From: a virus
Taxonomy: Duplodnaviria; Caudoviricetes
Length of the DNA stretch: 27,736 bases
Reading direction: 5' to 3' (one strand)
IMG/VR virus record: IMGVR_UViG_3300017747_002235
Location: 1 to 27,736 of that record
Below, one piece after another: positions 8,519 through 15,600 of this stretch. The position numbers and the translations under genes are program-made. The notes under the pieces are model-generated. The model worked only from the letters and a program-made list of their open reading frames with translations. It was not told the DNA's origin and made no database searches. The first letter of the stretch is position 1. The number at the start of each line of letters is the position of its first letter.

Positions 8519-9393
8519 GCACCAATGTTACGTTGTTTTCATCCGCAGAGACTTCAGTAGTACCGCAGCACATCTTAGACAGAGGGCTAAGTACCGCAAC
8601 ACAAAACTTAGTTAGTTCTGGGGCCGACCGCAAACGAATTACTATTAGAGCAGGAAAGTTTCGTCTGGAAGTAAACGGTGCCGAGCTAATGACCAGCCCA
8701 AACAGCACAATGGATGTGGTAATTGTTAGAACAGCAGCGAACAACGCGCGTACTTACTACGAGTCCGCGTATGAGCCAGATAGTAAAGCCGCGCCTGATT
8801 GCTCTTCTGCGGATGGTGTTAACTCAGACCCTTCAGGCGAGAACGTGCAATCACTGACATGCGCAGTATGTCCACAAAACGCGAAGGGTTCTGGCAAGGG
8901 CGATACCAAGGCTTGTAAGTTCAGTAGGCGGTTGGCGGTTGTTATGGCCAATGATATTGGGGGTGACGTGCATGCGTTAAAGTTGTCATCAACAGCAATA
9001 TTTGGTAAGGGTGACGGGTCTACAATGCCTTTGGAGACATATGCTCGACTACTAAAAAGCAACAACGTAAGTATCGACTATGTCATTACAAGACTGCACA
9101 TCGATGATTCCGACCACAACATGCCTGCTAAACTTGCTTTCTCTGCCGCAGGGTATCTATCAGACGATGATATAGGCACTATAAAGGCTCAAGGTGAGTC
9201 GCAGGTTGCTGCTGGGATTACTGATGTTCAGATTGTTAAGAAGGCAAAGCCTGTGGAAGTCGCAGTGCCTAAGAAAAAGGCCGTAGTGAAAGCTGTGGTA
9301 GCCGACGAGGACAATATCCCAGAGCCTGTGATTGCTAGTGCGAAGACATCTAGAGAGACAGCGCTTAAAGATACAATCGACGCCTGGGGTTAA
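8515..9393 (+). CDS. Putative single-stranded DNA-binding protein
   Basis: RITIRAGKFR...RTYY...PDCSSADG...CAVCPQN.KGSG...KAC..SRRLAV (Cys cluster), followed by a Lys/Val/Ala-rich flexible tail ending AWG. Located between the helicase and primase genes. The CDS is certain; the function is inferred. Confidence 0.7.
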   Translation: MSTNVTLFSSAETSVVPQHILDRGLSTATQNLVSSGADRKRITIRAGKFRLEVNGAELMTSPNSTMDVVIVRTAANNARTYYESAYEPDSKAAPDCSSADGVNSDPSGENVQSLTCAVCPQNAKGSGKGDTKACKFSRRLAVVMANDIGGDVHALKLSSTAIFGKGDGSTMPLETYARLLKSNNVSIDYVITRLHIDDSDHNMPAKLAFSAAGYLSDDDIGTIKAQGESQVAAGITDVQIVKKAKPVEVAVPKKKAVVKAVVADEDNIPEPVIASAKTSRETALKDTIDAWG

Positions 9394-9409
9394 TATAGTT
9401 TAACTCTGC

Positions 9410-9437
9410 TAGCCCCCACATGTGTGGGGGCTATTTT
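9410..9437 (+). terminator. Rho-independent terminator after the SSB-like gene
   Basis: TAGCCCCCAC-ATGT-GTGGGGGCTA, a perfect 10-bp stem, followed by TTTT. Confidence 0.8.
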
Positions 9438-9454
9438 ACCCTTGGAGAATATAA

Positions 9455-9547
9455 ATGAATGAAGAGAACGAAGCGGTACCGACAGAAGAAGTAACACCAC
9501 CAGAGAAAGACACAGACCCAGTACAATTAGAATTCGACTTCGGATAG
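9455..9547 (+). CDS. Unannotated 30-aa acidic peptide ending QLEFDFG
   Basis: SD GGAG (9444-9447) and ATG 9455. Translates as MNEENEAVPTEEVTPPEKDTDPVQLEFDFG*. It fills the gap and stops 6 nt before the primase ATG. Confidence 0.7.
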   Translation: MNEENEAVPTEEVTPPEKDTDPVQLEFDFG

Positions 9548-9553
9548 GGGATT

Positions 9554-12433
9554 ATGGATACGCTCATAGAAAGCGTAGTACCTTCTACTGGTTTTTACTG
9601 CCTGACCACAATACAAAACGATGCACCACGCCAAGTATTTTTTAGTGACAGGACTGAATTAGTTAATGCGGGTATTACAGCATCAAAGGCTGGGAAGAAT
9701 GCATATTATGCAATGGCTTCCTTTAAGGATAGTTCATCACGAACACAGAAGAATGTAAAAGAGCTCAAGGCTTTTTGGCTAGATGTAGATTGTAAAGATA
9801 AATCCCCTACGGTTGATTACGCAACCAAAGAAGAGGGACTCGCGGCTATACAGGATTTTTGTAACACAAAGGATTTACCGCAACCGACAATAGTAGATTC
9901 AGGTAATGGGTGGCATGTGTATTGGCCGCTTACCACGGCAATTAGCAAGGATGTGTGGCAACCAGTCGCAGAGAAACTAAAGGCAGTATGCCTTGCAGCG
10001 GGGCTTAGGATTGACCCTGTATGCACAGCAGACAGCGCTAGGATCTTGCGTATACCTAATACATTGAACTATAGATTCACCCCACCAACCCACGTGCAGA
10101 TGCATACACAAGGGGTTGAGGTGGACATCGATGAGTTCATAGCGCAGATAGACGAGGTATATGTTCCTCCTAAGCAGCTTGGTGGGCTCAACATACCAGG
10201 GAAACGACCAGACCGCCCAGTAAGCGCAACTACTTTGGCCTTGGCAGGTAACTCTAAGTTATCCTTTAAACAGCTTCTAATGCGTGGCCTAGATAAAGGT
10301 GGGTGCGCACAGATAAACTACGCTGTGGAAAACCAAGAAGATGTAAGTGAGCCTATGTGGCGGTCGGTGTTGTCCGTTGCCCAATGCTGTGACGATGCCG
10401 AGAAGGCGATCCATATGGTGTCGAATAAGTACTCAGGCTACGATGCCGCAAAGACTATAAGGAAAGCAGCGGAAACCACAGGCGCGCATAGTTGTGCTGT
10501 ATTTAACTCTCAGCGGCCTGGGGTATGTATGGAGTGCCCTTTCTGGGGGAAGATAACAAACCCATTAAAGCTATGTGTAGAAGTAGTAACAAGCGCGGTC
10601 CCAATGACGGTCGCAATAAAGAAGAAAGCGGAGGTGGTTAATGTAGAGAAAGAAGCAAGCAGTGGGTTTGATCATGAGGCAGCGGCGGCGGCGCTAGCAA
10701 AGTTCTATGCCGCTAAGTTATTAACCACGATACCTGTACCCCCTGCTCCGTACTCTCGAGGCGTGAAAGGTGGTATATACAAGAAGATGAAGTCAGAGGA
10801 TGGTACGTTTGAGAATGTATGTATCTACCCAAACGACATCTATGCTTATGGACGGGTATTTGATGCAGACATAGGAAGCCAGGATATATTGTGTAGGTTA
10901 CACATGCCGTTGGATGGTGTGAGAGATTTCGCTATACCGCTAGCTGTGATAGGACCTAACGCAGAGTTTAGAAAGATAATATGTGGGCAAGGGGTGGCAG
11001 CAGGGGAAAAGACTATTGCCGAACTAAGTAGTTATTTAATCGCATCAACACAGGAGTTACAACATATGCAAAAAGAAGAGAAAGCACGCAACCAAATGGG
11101 TTGGCAAGAAGACGGAAGTTTTGTCGTAGGGGAACGTGAGTATTCAAAAGCGGGTATCCGCAACTGCCCACCATCAGCTACAACAATTAACTACCACCAC
11201 ATGTTCCAGATTAAGGGGACTATGGAAGAGTGGCGTAAGATGCCCGACCTATACAACGCACCAGGTTTTGGCATACACCAATTTATATTTTTCTTGGCCT
11301 TGGGGTCACCGTTGCTAGCTAAGATTGCTCAACCAGGTATCCTAACAACCATGATTAGTGATGAGTCAGGTATCGGCAAGACTACACTGAGCAAACTATG
11401 CAACTCTATATGGGGGCACCCACAGGACATGATGTCCATGCCTAACGATACTATCAACGCAGTAGCGCACCGTATGGGGGTCTTTAACAGCCTATCTTTA
11501 TCTATCGATGAGATAACCAACAAGAGCCCAGACGAATGCAGTAACCTAGTCTATATGGGCACCCAAGGCAGGGGCAAGGAACGTATGGCAGCTAGCTCGA
11601 ACACTGAGCGGGTGAACACAACTAGATGGCACCTCAATACTATTGCCAGTGCCAACGCATCCCTACGGGATAAGATATCTTCCCTGAAGGCTTCCTCAGA
11701 AGGTGAGAATATGAGGTTGTTTGAGTTTGATATGCGCGGCACGCCCGTACTGGATAAGGCACATGCAGATAAGGTATTTCGTTTGATGGACACCAACTAT
11801 GGGGTTGCTGGGCACCTATGGGCTTCGTGGATGGTTGCTAACTCAGGGACTATCGAGGCGCTGTTCACCCAGACACAACTGAAGTTGGATAAGAAGTTTA
11901 AGTTTACTAACAAAGAACGTCATTGGTCTACTACATTTGCTGTGGCTTATACCGCAGGGTGGATCTGTAAGGAGCTTGGTATACATAACTGGGATGTAGC
12001 TGCTAACATTGAGTTCATGGCTGGCGAGGTAAGCAAGATGCGTGGAGAAGTACAAGGTTGTGTTACTGAGTTTAGCACGCTGATATCTGACTTCTTGACT
12101 GAGAACCACGGGGACATCCTAGTCATCAATGACCTGCCTGATGTAATGGGGCTTCAAGCACCACCGCAGAATAGGAATATCAACCGCATTATGGCGCGAT
12201 ATGAACCTGATACAGGCAAGCTATTTGTTTCGGCGGCGGTACTACGGGACTACTGTGTGAAAAGGCAGTTCTCGCTGAACAGCTTAAAGGCATTGTCTGG
12301 GGGTAAGACGGTATCTAAGCGACTGGCTTCTGGGACTGGTGTAGTTTCTGGTGTCTGCAAAGCTATTTTGTTTGATACTAAAGCCATTGGAATTGATATG
12401 AACATCTGGCAGGATGCACCTAGAGCTGCCTGA
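9554..12433 (+). CDS. Primase-helicase: AEP (RepB'-like) primase fused to a DUF927/Cch-like helicase
   Basis: AEP motifs WLDVD, SGNGWHVYW and D.ARILRIP. Cys cluster HSC...CMECP. QMGW, Walker A ESGIGKTT, Walker B SIDE, QGRGKER, NYGVAG. Confidence 0.9.
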   Translation: MDTLIESVVPSTGFYCLTTIQNDAPRQVFFSDRTELVNAGITASKAGKNAYYAMASFKDSSSRTQKNVKELKAFWLDVDCKDKSPTVDYATKEEGLAAIQDFCNTKDLPQPTIVDSGNGWHVYWPLTTAISKDVWQPVAEKLKAVCLAAGLRIDPVCTADSARILRIPNTLNYRFTPPTHVQMHTQGVEVDIDEFIAQIDEVYVPPKQLGGLNIPGKRPDRPVSATTLALAGNSKLSFKQLLMRGLDKGGCAQINYAVENQEDVSEPMWRSVLSVAQCCDDAEKAIHMVSNKYSGYDAAKTIRKAAETTGAHSCAVFNSQRPGVCMECPFWGKITNPLKLCVEVVTSAVPMTVAIKKKAEVVNVEKEASSGFDHEAAAAALAKFYAAKLLTTIPVPPAPYSRGVKGGIYKKMKSEDGTFENVCIYPNDIYAYGRVFDADIGSQDILCRLHMPLDGVRDFAIPLAVIGPNAEFRKIICGQGVAAGEKTIAELSSYLIASTQELQHMQKEEKARNQMGWQEDGSFVVGEREYSKAGIRNCPPSATTINYHHMFQIKGTMEEWRKMPDLYNAPGFGIHQFIFFLALGSPLLAKIAQPGILTTMISDESGIGKTTLSKLCNSIWGHPQDMMSMPNDTINAVAHRMGVFNSLSLSIDEITNKSPDECSNLVYMGTQGRGKERMAASSNTERVNTTRWHLNTIASANASLRDKISSLKASSEGENMRLFEFDMRGTPVLDKAHADKVFRLMDTNYGVAGHLWASWMVANSGTIEALFTQTQLKLDKKFKFTNKERHWSTTFAVAYTAGWICKELGIHNWDVAANIEFMAGEVSKMRGEVQGCVTEFSTLISDFLTENHGDILVINDLPDVMGLQAPPQNRNINRIMARYEPDTGKLFVSAAVLRDYCVKRQFSLNSLKALSGGKTVSKRLASGTGVVSGVCKAILFDTKAIGIDMNIWQDAPRAA

Positions 12434-12620
12434 TGGGGGGTCGATAGACCTACCTATGGAGGCTATGGTAATTAAGGATAGCCTCTTTGTTCCAACACTT
12501 AAAGCTAAGGAGATGCGGGCAGTACTGAGGGAAGCAGCGGCAGAGATAGAAATAAAGCTGTACCTCAAGACCGCCATCGTTGATGGTTATTTAGGAGTTT
12601 TGCTGCGGAGGGTGGAGTAG
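12414..12620 (+). CDS. Hypothetical protein, 68 aa (last gene of the + arm)
   Basis: Overlaps the primase end and stops just before the terminator. Confidence 0.65.
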   Translation: MHLELPDGGSIDLPMEAMVIKDSLFVPTLKAKEMRAVLREAAAEIEIKLYLKTAIVDGYLGVLLRRVE

Positions 12621-12626
12621 TACTTT

Positions 12627-12651
12627 GGGGGTCCTTAGGGACCCCTTTTTT
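12627..12651 (+). terminator. Rho-independent terminator at the convergence of the two arms
   Basis: GGGGTCC-TTAG-GGACCCC followed by TTTTTT. The U-tract is present only for the + strand transcript and overlaps the stop codon of the opposing gene. Confidence 0.85.
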
Positions 12652-15600
12652 ATCTCTTGTTTGCGTCATCTAGGCTCTGGCGTATACGGTGTATATCATT
12701 TAGCATGCGGTCTTTTGCATTCCGTATATTCTCCAGCACTTCCTCTTTGTCTGGTCTTTGCTCCAGGCTCCTGCCCCGCATGGTGCGTTCTGCAGCATTT
12801 AGTTCCGTAAGCTTAGTGCCTATTTTATTGACCGCAGAGCTTGTCCAGTCTGATAGGTATGCCTTGTTCTCTTTAACGAAAGCAGGTAGTTCATCAGCCC
12901 TACCCTTCTCTATTATGGATTTATAATCCCCGCGCACTTGAGCTACATGATTCTTTAATTCGTAGAACGCTTCCATATCCCCAGAAGGGTGTGTGTTGCC
13001 GCCAATTATAGAACCAACAACAGGCCATTTATTCATTGGCACTTTACTGTCTGACATGAGCACATTACTAAAGTCTCCTATAGCTGCGCCTACTAACCCC
13101 AAATGACCTTGCAAGTAATGGTCGATATGCACAGGAGACAGCCCCGGGATGTTTAGAGCTTCCCCGACAATTTTGGCCAGCTCGGATGTTGTGCTGTTAG
13201 TTTGAAATTGGGGGGACAAGTTTTTATTGTGGCTACCAACAATAGGCTTCATTGTATGCCAGTCGTAGTTAGTAACAGCCTCGATCTCTGGTTTAAACAA
13301 GGTAGGTATAGGGGTAAGTCCAGCTGCAATTTCGTACGACTTCTTTAGTACCCGCCCAGCAACCACTGGATCTTCCAACACCTTACCACTGCCACCACTG
13401 AATATCATGGAACGAGTCATACGCTCAATCAGAACTTTAAACGGGCGTAGTTCTTGGGGCACAGATATTTTTGTACCTATCCATAAGTTATCATCACGTT
13501 GGTCGTCGGTCTTCTTCTCGTAATCATCATCACCACTACGCATCGCTGCATAGGCTGCCACAAACATGGCATATTTAGTTAGTTTAAAGAGCAGTGCGTT
13601 CCTCCCTGCTGCGGTACTTACACCCGTCAAACGTCCTCTAGCGGCAGCTATGTCGCGCGCCCAGCCCTGTATAGGTGGGTTAATAAAGGGCACGAGAGCC
13701 CTCAGATAGGCTAGGGATTGAGACGTACCTACCTGTTGGTAGGGCATGTACCTGTTGGCGCGGATCGCGGCTGTGCTCTCTGCTAGCTCTTCTGATACCC
13801 CCTGGGCGAGCAGCTCTTTTTTAGCAGCATCAAATATAGCTTCCCTGGCACCCAAGTCACTGCCGTGCGCGAGGCGCTCGAAGAAGAACGCAGTCTTACG
13901 CCACCCCTTCTTATTCTTACCAGTGTATACGTCCTCTAGGGCTTGGGCGTCCATAGTATCCTTTTGCCCAGTAACACCGAAAGACTTGAGTATCTGTGCT
14001 GTCCTTGTGGGAGTACGGAATTGGTTATTAAAGATCGATGTCCAAGTATCTTTTGTATACCGCAGTAAGGACGCATCTTTATTACCAGCCACTAAGTACG
14101 CACGCATACTATCTTGCCACGCCTGGTTAAACACAAACTGGGGCATACTAGTAACCCCATGCCTTAAGGCTGCTGAGGCGTACTTCATTGCTGTGATAAT
14201 GCTTCCTGTTGCAACGGGCGGTGAGGCAAATGCTGCCACATCTAGTGGGTCGTTTAGGATGAAGTCCTGAGGCATGCCCTCCCTGTATATAACTACAGTA
14301 AGGTTCTTATGTTTTTCCTCATTAGTTAGTGGGGCTGTAGCCCATCTCCCGGCGCCCAGCTCTTCGAGCATATTAGCCATATGGATAGCTGCGTTGTTCT
14401 TTATCGCACGCTGCATCATCCACGACATATTCGCGCTGAAGTTTTGTATTGGATCAGCCACGAGCAAATCAGAACCGTGTATACGGAACTCCTTACCCAT
14501 ACCCAACAACCCACGCCCTGCCCTTATGTGGTTCTTGTTGGCATCGAACAGATCTTTCTCTTGCACGCGGTACATAGGTACGTAGTCAGCGTTCTCTAAA
14601 TACTCAGCCGCTTGCTCTTCTGTGTACAGCCCTGTACCTACCATAGTCTGTAATAGTGGCGCGCGCATCTGGTTACGGATCTTATCCATCTCAGCAAAAC
14701 CTGCGGCAAACTCACTTCGTGCTAACTTAGCATCTGCAGCCTTCTTCGGATCGCTTGTCCAGTCAGATACATTCACTTTGCTGTCTTCATACTCACGTAC
14801 TTTTTTAGCCCAGTTCTTAGGCTTGTTAGCTGTTAGTTCTTCTATCTTTCTATCTAGCTCGACGTTCCTTGCTTCCAGGCTATCGTATCTTGGGCCGTAC
14901 CAACCCTTTACAAGCATGTCATAGGCACGTTCCGCGCCGTATTTTTCAGTAGCTTTCGCCAGAGTTTCATGCCACACACGAGTAAGGTCAAGGATGTTTG
15001 CACCTTCTACCCCCCGCCCTGCGCGCATTATCCCGCTCTTCTCTAGTATCAACCTACCCAGCATCAATGCATCTTGGGATATACCTATGAAGTTAGTCGC
15101 TGCTTGGGTAATTAGATCTCCCCTGTGGATACCTTGAGCATTGAACTCGCCCATCTTTGCGTCTAGGGCTTTCCGTTCCGCAGAGTAAGTATTTGATATG
15201 AGCGCATTGCCTATACGGTCAAGAAGCTTCCTGAGGAAACCCCAGATACCGCCCTTACCGTTGTACACACCCCGTATAGCCGCAGCAGCAGATTCCTTTG
15301 TAGGCTTGCGGTAGGTTACATCGCTAAAGCCGTATTCCTCTTCTGGTGCTTCTTCATCAACCGCGTTGTGGATTTCTGGTTCTTCTGGTGGTTCCACTTT
15401 TGGTTCTGCTTGCGGCTCCCCTTCTGCTTGTGGTTCTGCTTTCACTCCAGGCTCTGCTTTCGCTTCGGCGCGGGGTTGTGATATAGGGCCTTCCAGTGGT
15501 GCAGCTGGGTCAAAGGAAGATACTCTTGCGGCTCCATACACCAGGCTAACAATGTCATTGGTAGTAAGTGCGTGGAGGTTGAGGTCTATCTTTCTAAGCG

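Noticed and set aside
12625-12810. 61-aa + strand ORF past the terminator
   Set aside because: It starts within the terminator region and is antisense to the giant gene.
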